Shown piece by piece: positions 29,001 to 41,600 of a stretch of 64,000 nucleotides of DNA. Both the position numbers and the translations under genes were made by a program. Below the pieces are notes generated by a model, which saw nothing but the letters and a program-made list of their open reading frames with translations, searched no databases and had not been told where the DNA came from. Origin of the DNA: Balanoglossus misakiensis (taxonomy: Eukaryota > Animalia > Hemichordata); assembly GCA_040954595.2 (NCBI GenBank), contig CM082588.2, forward strand, positions 5,086,156 through 5,150,155, in the 5' to 3' direction. Every line of letters starts with the position of its first letter. The first letter of the stretch is position 1.

Positions 29001-32000
29001 TTATCACTGAATTATGGCACATACCTGTCATTATAAAGCCACTGCAAGAAATACGTAGCGTTCCAGTAACCCTCACTCACACGCCAGTCACCATCCAGCC
29101 ACAGTAACTCTGGCTGGTAAGCTGTGATGATTTCCCTCAGTTGTGGGGTCACCACTTCCTGGAAAGAGGCGACAGAAAAGACTTAGAAATCATGAAGAAA
29201 AATAAAACGCATTGTATGTACAATCAGAATTTTATTGGCAAAGAACACTATCTACGGAGAGATTTCTCACCTTTACGAATTTTTGTGTCTGAAAATTTTT
29301 ACTTTTGTCTTCAAGATAAAGTGGATGATACCATTCCAGTAAAGAGTAGTAGAGTCCAAAATGCAAGTCTGCCTTTTTGTGGATAGACCTGGCAAGATCA
29401 CCTGCAGTTAAAAGTAATTGGAAAAAATCAATATATACACCATTTCACCACCATGGTATGGTCCAAACCATTTGTTTTCTTAGGTAATGTTGGACCAAGC
29501 ATGGATGACTATCCTGTTTGTCATTTTGTTTGAACATCAGATCTGAGTAGTCAAATTTCAAGCCTTCGGTGGTCAGTGTACTATGCATGTACTAGGGAAC
29601 GCCAACAATATTTGTCCTTACCAACAAGGTCTCTGTGAGGCCCACTGCTCACTGAATCACCAAGCCACGAGAACTTGGAACCCCAGTTGGTCCAACCTTC
29701 ATGGTGCTTGCTTGTTAACACAACATATCTGTAATGTACAGACCAAGCATATCACAATCAAACATGATTAAATATTTAACGTATAACTAATTTTAACTTT
29801 ATGTTCATGTTTCTCATTTGGTTTTCTAAATATTCATGCAAAGTACATGTATTTCTTGTCAGTAATCTAAATTTAATTAAACAAGAAACAAAGTGTACAT
29901 TTTTCACTGAACAATACGTGTCAATCACTCTGTTATTCTTTTAAATGAAATATCACACTGGATTTACCTGGCACCAGATGCTTGGAACAAGTCGGCCCAA
30001 TAATCAGGGTTATAATTCTTTGCTGTGAACATGGGAATGAAATCCTTATATTCAAACTTCCCAGGATAGTTCTTCTCCATGAATGCGGCAATATTCTCAT
30101 CCTGCTTGTCTTTCCAGTTGTACCAGAACCACTCTGAGCCATATGCCGGTACAGAGTACAGTCCCCAGTGGATAAAAATGCCAAATTTGGCATCATCGTA
30201 CCACTTTGGCAGGGGCCGTTTGTCTAATGATCTCCAGCTTGGTTCATATTGTCTGATAAAAAAAATTATAGTTCTTGTTCTTATATTACTCCACAGTACA
30301 TAGGTTGTATCTAATCTAAAGCTGACATTTGTTATTCCTGATTGATATGTCTGGTATGCCCTTTATGTGAACTGTGCAACAGGTGTGTGATCAAAACATA
30401 TTCAAATATGATACCATATTGCTGGCCAATTTTCTATTATATCACAGATTTGCACATACTGATTTTAAAATCTCATTTATATCTGTATGGATATTCAACA
30501 TAGCTTTATCAGTTTCGCTCTAATTTGACCTTTGAAGTAAAATTTCAACCAAAACTTGGCAGCCGTTCGAAACAGCCAGGTTAAAAACCAGCTCTGTTTG
30601 GTTATTATATTGTCCATTGCAACAACTTTGTAGTATACTGTAGGTTTCATTCTGTGGTATGTTTCACAGTTGGCCACTGCATGGACACTTTGTCTGAGGA
30701 AATATGTATATTGGTATAATTGAAAAATTACCGATGACTATTCAGTACATGACCAAATGCAGAATGTGTGATAATTATAACTTTGCTGTGTTCAAAACAG
30801 GTCGACAGCTCTAAACATGAAATGAACACACCCGCAGTTTCCTGTCTATAAATAGTCAATAATATGCGTCCCTGATCTAGTATAAAGTATCACTACAACT
30901 GAGCGAAATAGAAAGTGAAAGGAAGTTTACAGCTCCACAAATAAATACTTTGAAACAACAACTACATGTATGATGTACCTGTGACTGTGTGAGCTTTCTT
31001 CCCTGAACAACAAGGGAAACTGTCTTGTCCAAATTATATCTGTGACTTTGGTGTGTACGCCCAGGTGTTTCATTGTGACTAGCACGATGAACAGCGCTAG
31101 AACCGCACACAGGAAAACACGGTACTTGTCTCGCTGTATGCTCATTCTCATTTTTATGAACCATTTCATACCGTGTTATGTTTTAATACCCAGCTAAACC
31201 TACGAGTGTGACCTGTGACCCTGTGACCTTCTGACACGTCAAGACTCCCTGGGCTGTATTGAAACTTATCACAGACCCCTTATCTTGTTAATTTTTGCTC
31301 ATTTGCCGAAAATAGTATTTTTATTTTTATCCAAAGTAAAAAGTACTCGTAGAACTGCTAATTATGTTCTCTATAGGTGAAAGGAAATAAAAAAAGAGAT
31401 AACTTTTCATGTATGTCTATAGGCTTATTGTTTATTTCTCAGTGAATAATTGTTCTTTTACATGTATAAAAAAATTCTAGCTTTATCAGAATGTTTAGTA
31501 AAGGTATCCTTTTCTCATTGTAGAATTTTCCTGAAAATAAATATATGTATATAATGGTCAAACCTAGGTAGGTGGTGGTTTTACCAACTATCACTGTATA
31601 TGTACACACTTGTATAGATCCTCAATATTAACTGTATACAATGTCTCACCACAGGCTTTAGACTTTATGCAAATTAAAGGAAACAGTCATAAAGTTTGGG
31701 AGCTGGCGTCTCACTTGGGATAGTTAATTTCTGGTGTTTGCATGTGGATTAGATAATATTAAAGATCAAGAGTATGTATATAAAATAGTTCTTTTGTAAA
31801 TTTGAATTTTATTATCCTGTACAAAAGTACCATGATGCATAGTAATGAATCAGGTTTTAAGTCAATGATTCTACTTTTATATTTAAATAAAATACATGTA
31901 TGTTTTGTTAATGATCTCTATAATGTGTATATGTCTGCTTTGAGATTTCAAACTTCTATGCTTATTCCACACAGGTCACCAGTGTTGAAGTTATACGTGC

Positions 32001-34684
32001 CTTCATTGAAAGAATCCAAGAAGTGAACCACCTGACCAACGCCGTGGTATCCACAAGATTTGACGAAGCTCTACTGGAAGCCAAGGTTGTTGATTCAATC
32101 TTGGATTCCGAAAATGTTCCTGACAAGTACTCGGAGGAGAATGCCCCGTACTTTGGCGTCCCATTTACTGTGAAGGAAGCATTTGCAGTCAAAGGTGAGT
32201 CCCCCCTTGTACTTATCTCTGTATTCTATATACAGTACAGATGTGCTACTGCTGTACCTTGAAATTAATCAGCACTTATGCCATTTCCCCCCTGAAATAT
32301 ATGAATAACATCCGTCTTGTGTTCGGAAGTGCTATCGTGAGGAATTCCCTGAATGGAGAGATAATCCTGCTGCCAAGGATGTCTGTTAATTCATTCCCTA
32401 AGCATTACTCAAACCAGGAAATCTATTGGAAAATTGATGCAGTATTTCCAACCTGTAGTGGTGACACCACTTCCTGGTAGAAGTTCTTTGTACAGCAGGT
32501 ATTTCTGTCCACTGTCCTGAAATGTAATGCTTACTTCCTGGAGTCCAGTATGATAGTGATCATTCACATGTTGGCCGTTAGTTCGTTGCAATTGCATGCC
32601 TGAATGAATCCGTTTCAAAGCTTTTGTACTTAAATATACAAACATTAATAAATGGTCCTCGTGATGCTTATCGTTTCCTTGTTTGGGTTTGTCGTGACTT
32701 TGCTAAGCCGGAAAGGGAAAAAAAAGTTTTACAGATCCATATATGGTTCTCAGTTTTGTAATTGCATAACCTTTCACCCCCATTACCCGACTTTACCATA
32801 GAAAACAATGGGTTTGGATCAAACATGGCTGTTAAAAGGTTAAAAATGAAGTCACAGAGAAACTCTAGTTTGCTTTAATCAGTGAAATATATTCTAATAA
32901 ATTAAATCCAGAATTAATTATTTTATGTTTCTCTTTCTGCAGGGCAACCCAATAGTAGCGGAGTAGTAGCAAGGAAAGACCTGCGCTGTACAGACGATGC
33001 AGTCGTTATCCGTCGAATGCAAGAGGCCGGTGCCATACCTATTGCCGTCACTAATGTCAGTGAGCTGTGTATGTGGTACGAGTCAAGCAACTGCGTCTAT
33101 GGAAGAAGTAACAATGCTTACGACACAAGAAGAATGGTGGGAGGAAGTTCTGGTTAGTATGCAGTGAACCCTGTCTAAACCGAACCCTGTCTAATCTAAT
33201 TCAAATCGACCGTTTCAAGTTCCCCTACATGAAAAAGGACACTGTATCATGACTACCTTTTGTCACACACTCACACCACATATACTTTCTGATTTGCAGG
33301 TGGCGAGGGAGCTAATCTCTCGGCGTGTGGATCTGTTATTGGTATCGGCTCGGATATCGGTGGCTCGATCAGAATGCCTTGTTTTTTCAATGGTATTTTT
33401 GGACACAAACCTACCACACGTGAGTTTAACCTGTATTCACCATCCGTTGGTCCATTTGGTGACCTTTCTGTGAATCCAGTCTGTCACTTAAATTTTCTTT
33501 GGTATACCAGTAGTTTGCCAGTTGGATGCCAAACCCAAGCAAGTTCTGCTCAACTTGCCGTCTGAATGCTCAGATCATAAGTTCACTGTTGTAAAACCAG
33601 TATCTTCAGCCAAACTTTGACCCGCTGATATCTGTTTGTTTCTCACGCAGGTATAATTCCAAACGATGGCCAGTTTCCTTGTGCGACAGGGAAGCGAGCC
33701 GAATTCCTGGCAACCGGACCGATGTGCCGGTATGCAGACGATCTGGAACCCATGCTCCGGATCATGGCAGGGAAGGAGGACTTGGCCAAGTTGCATCTGG
33801 ACACACCCGTAGATGTGAAGAAACTGAAATACTACAGCATAGAGGATGACAGTGGGTCTTGGGGAGTTTCTAGAGTCAGTGCTGAACTGAAGGCCGTTCA
33901 GCTTAAGGTACAAATTCTTGGTTTTCCTGTGTTACACATGCTAATAAAATTAACGTATGTTTCTATAGCTTAAAATTATGTGTTAATTTTTCTTTGCCTG
34001 TGTTTGTCGACTGACCACTTTTAATTACCGACTTTAACTGCAATTTATTGATCATAACATGCAAATATGTATTTTTCTTATTTTCTTCAGGTAGCCGATT
34101 ATTTCGAGGAGTCACTTGGAGTTAAAGTGACACATCCCAAGGTACGCAGACTGAGACACTCCTTTGCTATGTGGACGTCCATGATGTCTAAACACAACGA
34201 TGGCCAGACGTTCACACAACTGATGGGGGACAGTGGACCTGACGTCTATCCATTGTGGGAGTTGGTCAAGTGGTTTCTATGTCAATCCAACCACACCCTG
34301 CCGGCCATTGCTCTAGGCATCGGCGAGAAACTGGAGAGCTTGACGCCGGAGTACATGCAGGAGAAGCTATGCGGGGCCTGCGACAAGCTGCGAGCCGAGC
34401 TGGAGGAGCTCCTTGGAGACGACGGGATCCTGCTGTACCCGTCTCACCCCAAGGTGGCGCCCTACCACAATTCCCCCCTGGCCACCCCGCTCAACTTCGC
34501 CTACACGGGTATCTTCAACATGCTGGGGTTCCCCATCACCCAAGTCCCGCTGGGTTTGAATGAGAACGGTGTCCCCCTTGGTGTCCAGGTAATCTCGTGC
34601 AAGCACAACGACCACCTCACTCTTGCAGTTGCCAAGCAACTGGAAGAAGCTTTCGGTGGATGGAAACAGCCTGTGCAGAGTTAG
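26009..34684 (+). CDS. FAAH2: Fatty-acid amide hydrolase 2 (amidase signature family), ~526 aa. Exons 26009-26188, 31975-32194, 32943-33152, 33300-33419, 33651-33907, 34091-34684
   Basis: Exon 1 has a hydrophobic N-terminus and [18 protein letters not shown], which joins [18 protein letters not shown]. Lys-Ser-Ser triad motifs [27 protein letters not shown]; C-terminal LEEAFGGW. Exons sum to 1581 nt. Confidence 0.92.
27637..31169 (-). CDS. Alpha-L-fucosidase (GH29, FUCA-like), ~499 aa, nested antisense in FAAH2 intron 1. Exons 31169-30979, 30252-29968, 29728-29622, 29401-29271, 29158-29025, 28919-28825, 28623-28485, 28212-28045, 27886-27637
   Basis: [52 protein letters not shown] (nucleophile Asp), [35 protein letters not shown]. 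Exons sum to 1500 nt. Confidence 0.93.
32767..32843. mobile_element. Degenerate copy of the TTAA MITE in FAAH2 intron 2
   Basis: TAACCTTTCACCCC...GAAAACAATGG...TGGATCAAACATGG...AAAGGTTAA parallels the 49133 copy. Confidence 0.6.
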
Positions 34685-37600
34685 GTATAGGAAGGTGTGA
34701 ATATTATCCATCTGGTTTGGAAAGGGTGTTAATTGCAGGGTTTCAAATGATCCTTGGAAAATCTGTGAAAAATTTACTTGAGTCCTCAGTCTTCTATCTG
34801 TACATGTTCACACAAAGCGATCACTCAAACTATATCTACAAATATCTGTTGATCAAAAATTTGTTCTTAAACACTTCCAGCTTCTAGGAACTTTAATAAA
34901 ACTACAAAACCCTTGTAATTGAGTTCAGTGTGATTCTAAGAAAATACTGCACAATAATTATTTACATGTACCAGTAGTAAATTGAACTTGAGTATCAATT
35001 ATTTTATTTATTTTCATCTGTGCAATTATCTATGAAAATATTGTATCACCTTAAAGGTGTCACTTATATTGAAAGATTTTTAAGGGTTTTTATTAGCAGA
35101 ATTTTTTTATTCTTCTTTGTAAGTGTCACCAAAATACAAGTGTAGAAGGGCCAGTGTTACAGGTTTTGTAATATAAGGCTGTGAATTTATCTGTTGGACC
35201 AAAGAATATTTGTGTGCTTATATTGTAATCATTGTAATTGTGTGTTGGAATAAATAGGATACCACAACAACCTGAATCGTTTGTCATGTCATGTATGTGT
35301 ACTTTGTTTTAGTCCATCTAACAATGCACTGCATTGATATTCTACCCTCTTGAGTAATATGCAAACCAAATGAAAACACAAACTCTTCATATCAGTCACA
35401 CAATAGAAAATCATTTATTTCAGTGTAATTGGAATTTTGAAATTTACAAATAATTGTTTTCATGCAAAAATGCCTCTTAAGATATTTTAATTGTAGATCA
35501 GTCAAAGTGCTCCATATATAACTCAAAGAAGAAAATAGCAAATGGTTTGTACAAACATCATCTTGGAACTATATTTTGCCACCCAACTCTCTCCATACAA
35601 TGGAATGTTCTGATTAACTTTCTGTGAAGCAACAGTCCATTACATATGGTAGAGGGGTGACGGTATGATATGAAAAAAAGTCATTAAGATTTGAACTTAA
35701 AAAATTGTGTTATTTTTTTTGTCAAGTAATTGGTAAACTTTAAATCATAAAGTTTTAAATTTTAGCAGTTAAAGTTTAATATCTACAGGAGAAAAAAAAT
35801 AAATTATTTGATCCTAAGTTCATATTCTGGAAAAAGTAACATTCATATAATAATTGGATAAATAATCAGGTGTTACTATAACATGGTTTGATGTGTGTAC
35901 GGTATACTTGTTCTATATGTACGGAAGTATGAGAAGAAAAAACTGAGTACCGGGTAATGTTGGATGGTGTCAACTCTGTTTACTACAACTTGAATGTTTT
36001 GAGGATGGACACATCAGTGATAGGTTTTTGGACAAGCAGCTCATGTTTGGCTGGCTGTGTAACAGATGGGTTGTTGAATTCCCTATAGAAACTAAATACA
36101 CCACAATCGGAGTCAGTCACTGATGCCCAAGCTCTCGTGTTGTCAAATTGATTTTCACTTTTACAAACAGAAATGATAAACAGAGCTGCACATACACTCT
36201 AATTTTGAAATTGGAAAATATGTACACATCATTTAATATTTGTCAGAAAAAATAAGATGTTTTTACCATATAGCATCTTTGAAATAGTGCTTTCAATACA
36301 TTGAAAAAAAAAGACGTATACATTGGAACTTGGAAGTGTACCAACTCAATGAGTACAAAACATGTATCATATGACATTTAATAAAATATGAAATAAGTTT
36401 TCTTAAATGTTCTGCAATGTAATAAACAAGCAGCAATAAGTGTGGGTTTCATATAGGATTCAAAGGTTTTGAAGACAAAAAAAGAACAAAATGGTCCAGG
36501 AAAAGAATCTCCCATATAATTGATTTGCATAAAATAAGCATAATATATGCTGCTATTTAAGATAGTGAGAATAAATGGTTCAAACTGTTTGTCTTTGGAT
36601 CTAAGGAATCATTTTTGTTGGAATGTTGAGAAAATAAAACTGTGCGACAGTCGGGCAGGCAGTTTGTCAATTTTCCAGCAAAGTTATCTGTGATGATGCA
36701 GGATATAATGATATGACATAGAAATGAGCATGTACAAACAAAATTTGGTCTACAAAACATTATTTATCTCACACAGTGATTGCATTGATATTTTCGTGAT
36801 CAGTTTCCCCACCAGAAGTGGTTTAGTAAAATAAAAACCAGATACCATGCATTATTTAGGTGGGGAAGCAACTTCATTGCTAAACATATACTGCTGGTAA
36901 AAATGTTAAATGTTGAACTTTTTACAAATTTCAATGTTTTTTTTATCACAGCACTAAAAGAAATCTTTACTCAGATTGCATGTGTACTGAAACTGTCTGC
37001 CTGTCTGTCTGTGTGAAGTACTGGTACAAACAGCTGAACAAAAAAAATTACATTTATATCAAAATATGTACATATCATTAAATTCATATATATTTGATTC
37101 CACATAACCCACAGCTCACATGATTTGTACATACATTTATCCTTAAGTTTGAAAACTCTGTAGAAAAGGAAAATTCTGTGACTTCATCACTTCAAATCAA
37201 GAAACAGAAGTGGATGCAAGACAGCCTCCTTCTGTTTACAGTATGACAGACCAGATGGAATTCAAATAGGAGACTATTTTTGTTGAAGAGTTTCTGCAGA
37301 GCACACGTTTTGGAAATGAACTGTTATATTTGAGATTGGTGTTTAGGGGAGCCCAGTGCGAGCCAAATGCTGATTGGTTGGTGAAAAAAACATCCCAAGC
37401 TCAGATGCACAGTTTTACTACTGGATCATTCTACAAATAATTATGCATACATTATGTTCATGACACTGTGGCAGCCAATCAGAGAGAGAATTGCGTGCCT
37501 TCATGATCCTTGACCTGAGTCAATCATCAAACAACCAAGACGGCAAAAATCAGGATTCTAATTAAAATTCAACAAAGATCAAAATTCAAAATCACACAAA

Positions 37601-38655
37601 TTATGTGCAAAAACAACAGCAACTTTGCACACAGCTAAGTTTGATCACACAATATGTTAACCTATTACATATGAAGTCAACCAACCACAAGCAAGTAGTG
37701 ATTATTCATGATTTTGGGACCTAGAATAGACAGGGCAACATTCAATGTCACTGTTCAATCGATATTGAGGTCTGAATACTTCACTGGATCAGATCAGATG
37801 TTTCTGTTTTCAGCATAGTCATCAAAGTTCTTTAAAATTTAAACACAAAATCTGACAGTGTACTAGTTCTGACTTCTTAAATATGGCAGTTATTTTATAC
37901 TCAGTTTTAACAGATGGTGGACAACCCAAGGTTTAAATGGCTGTTGATAAGGTTATCATAACAGTGTATTCACACCTGCATAAAACATTCTCTTGGATTC
38001 TGCCACTGTAAAAAAATCAGAACTCGTCCTCTGCTTAGATCTTGTGTTACATATCAATGTTACAGTATTAACCTTGGCAGTACAAGTTCCGTGTGTGTAG
38101 GGAATTAGTCTCAATACTAACAAAACTTTTGTATTGAAATATCACGGCTTTCTATTTAAAAAATCACTCGAAGGCAGTATGTGAGGTTTACAAGTTAGTA
38201 TAAAAATACATGGACTAATCTACATAAACTAATTAAGTCTGAAAAAAACTTGTTTGCTGTCAATTTTTGTTGGCAGTGATGTCTGTAGTAGACTATTTTC
38301 TGGATTTGACAGAGTGCTTGCTGATTGGTGGATAGTGTTTGCATAGTCAGAGATCACATGACAATGCTGAGATGTCATAACATAAAATGAATATATCTAA
38401 GGCCAGATACATGACTGTATAGTTCTCATTTTTTAGATAAACTATACAGAAAAAAATTAATAATGTGCGAGAAATGGCACAAATTAATTGGAATGTAGTC
38501 ATGATATTCCTGAGTTCATGGAATGACTGTTTCATTATTTCGATATTATAATTCTAGGAAGCAGCTGATTTGGATTGTGAAAAAGACAGCAAACAAGTTC
38601 ATCTAACTTAGAAACTTTAGAATGAAATTTATAGAGGAAAAAAAAACTAATTATA

Positions 38656-41600
38656 CTAGGATTTTCTGAGATCATCATGAAATCGTGCTAAAAGTGCAGC
38701 TACCCTAGACCTGATGGCAGGATTACTTCTGTCGCTATGGACAGGATCACTACGGTTACCATGGTCAACTACTGTACTACTATTGCCATGGTGATCACTA
38801 CTGTTACTATGGTAATCTACATTTATATCACTCTCTCCGCTATGAGTGCATGTGTCACTATTTGGCTTGGTGTTATTCACATTCATATCATCGCTATGGG
38901 TACTTAAATCTGAAGAAGTGAAAGAGAATTTGCTATCACTATGGAAACTGTTGCTACGATAAGACATCATCGGTGTGCCATTAGAATCACGTGGCTGGAC
39001 CAGATTGGTGAATTTGTACCCGGTCTGATCCCGTCCGCTAATGCTACTACTACTACGACTATCGCTAAGAAAGGATGGGGTATACGCAACACACTTCTCA
39101 TCACTGGCAGGCTGGGCTGGCCGATGTAAGCCCTCTGCTGATTGGTCAGCAGAGTGGCTTCCTTGAATTTGAAACAAAACTGAATGGCTAGCTGGGCTGG
39201 CGCTTGGGGCCGAATCAGCGAGAACGACTGATGCATGGCCACTGGCAGTTTTGAAGCTAGAGTCAGAAGATCTCTCATTGGTGCTTGAATTAGACTTCAC
39301 ATTATCATATTCATTATGTCCCCTGGCGAGACCCGACTTTAAACGATCGGATGTACCACCGACGGGTACAACGTCGCCGTCGCCATGGGGACCCCGACTG
39401 ATGTTATTAATCTCTCCCTGATTACTCTCGACACTGTCAACGGCAGTGTTGGCGCTATATTCATCAGAAAATCTGTTCTTAATTTCAAACAGAGCGTCTG
39501 ACTTTCCAGACAATCTGTCTTCTGACTGGCTGTCAATCAACATGGACGGGAATGAACTTTGACCTGACATTGCTGCTCGTTTGTGACCTAGTTTCTCCAG
39601 TGAAGTACTCCGCGGTATTCTGGAGGGGCTGACTTTCTTCTTTGTGTGTAAGTTGCCCTCCATAGACATGGAGTGTGTAACTGACAGATTGGGCTGAGAA
39701 ATGCTGTTTTTCATGTTCTGTCTAACTGGATATGATTGGCTACCACTACAGTCCCCGGCACCAAACCTTGCTTGTGATTGGCTGTCTGCACCAGCATTCA
39801 CATGAAATGGCATTGCTGGTTGGCTCAATTTTCTCCTGTTTGCTGAATTACCTAACACACCTAATGATTTGCCTTCTAGGCTGTGACTTCTCTGTAATCT
39901 CATCCCTGATTGGCTGCCTTTGGCGTAGAACTCATTCTTCATTCGATGTGATAAGTCAGTGGAAATTGTTGGCCTCTGTCTGTGCACTGATTGGTCAGCT
40001 GGGGATGGTGACCTCTGCCGGCTCTGTGATTGGTTGACTAATGATGATGATTTCTTATGGGGCGGCTTTGATTGGCTGTTTAACTGTGATGCGTTGGTCT
40101 GAAGTGGGGATGTTTTACTTGACTTCATCAGCCGTGGTATCTGACTTGGGCTCCGAGATTGAGATCTAACTGTCTTCACCTGCTGTTTCTCTTCAGGACT
40201 TGTTGCCTAGGTAACAGAGAGGAGAAACAAGACAGTCAATTACACTCGACTACAATGGAGAAATTTGATAGAAAGATATTGCAATGGCACCAATATTCTC
40301 TTATGGATATTTTTACCATTCTTATCGCCTTAGTATACAAAAACGTCTTTTAATCATAAAACAAACATATACATAAAAAACATTGTCACCACACATAACT
40401 TATAAAAATTTCAATACACATCACTGCCAACACAATAAAAATGGACACACGCACAAGATGCCAAACTCTTTTGTTACTATGGTAGCAATGAGTGGGTGGA
40501 ATCAACGTGCATTGAAGCAACATCTGCAATCAAATTTGAATAACTTCAAAACAATTATCGCAACAAGGTTGAGTGAATGATTTCAGGTAAAGTTGTGCGT
40601 TTCTGGCACGAAATGCAAAGATTATGATCGGTTTAGTGGCAGATGAGATATATATGACTTGTTAAGGATCAGAACATGACGACAACGATTTGGGTTAGGC
40701 AAAGGGCGGATAGACAGATAGACAGATACAAAGACAGACGGATAGACAACAGACAGACACCAAGACAGATCACCCTCTTACCTTGTCAGTAGCAGATGGC
40801 CTGGGTGGTGGGGGAGAGACTAATGGATTCCTATCACCATATGAATCATGGGGTGTCTGGGGGGCATGAGAGTAATTAGGTGAATGCCTAGAAAGAGTGG
40901 CGGATGAGCCCTGAGACCTTGGAATGAAAGCAGAGTGTAGCTCAGCTGGCGGTGAGGTACTAGAGTCTGCAACTCTGACATGCGAATGCTTGCATTCATC
41001 AGTGTCAAAGGTGCCTCGGTCATGCGTGTTACCTGTGTTGCTGCCCTCGGCAGGTTCAGCCTGAGTTTTCTGCCTGTCCGCTGAAGCCCCTGAGTCGATT
41101 GCATCAGCCTTTTTCTGTGTTCTTTCGTGCTGTGTCAAGTCTCCAGGCTTCAGCTCCTGTGGTGGTGCCTGACTGGACCCAGAGACTACCACTCTGCCAT
41201 TGCCTTTGCCTTGTTCCAAAGCTTGTCCCGCAGCCACGATATCAAGAAAGTCTTCGGTCTTATCAGCATCGCTGATCCTCTCCTCTCCATCGCTCGCTCT
41301 GTGAAGTAAATTCACCATCCCAAGAAGTCTCTCATCACTCTCTTGATCAGGTCTCTTCTCATCAGTCACAGGACTGGCATCCTCAGGTTTTTCACCAAGA
41401 TCGACGATGCTCACACCATCATTGTTCCAGCTGAGCATCACATCGCTCAGACTAGCAGCCAGTGATCTTTTCACGCTTTCTCTGGATTCATCAAAACTCT
41501 GACGCGGTTCCTCTCGAGGGGGTACTACAGGGGAGGTTTCTTTCTTCTCCTCTTTTCTCACGTGCTGGGTTGTCACTCCGGACTTCTGCTTGACTGAGGA

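Noticed and set aside
33162-33588. CAGTGAAC...GTTCACTG inverted pair flanking FAAH2 exon 4 as transposon-mediated exon capture
   Set aside because: Only an 8-bp match without clean TA duplications, and the exon is an ordinary conserved amidase exon; probably a MITE end remnant plus chance.
34685-38655. Hidden gene or ncRNA in the 4-kb gap between FAAH2 and CEP97
   Set aside because: AT-rich with poly(A) signals on both strands and no credible ORF; consistent with convergent 3' UTRs.
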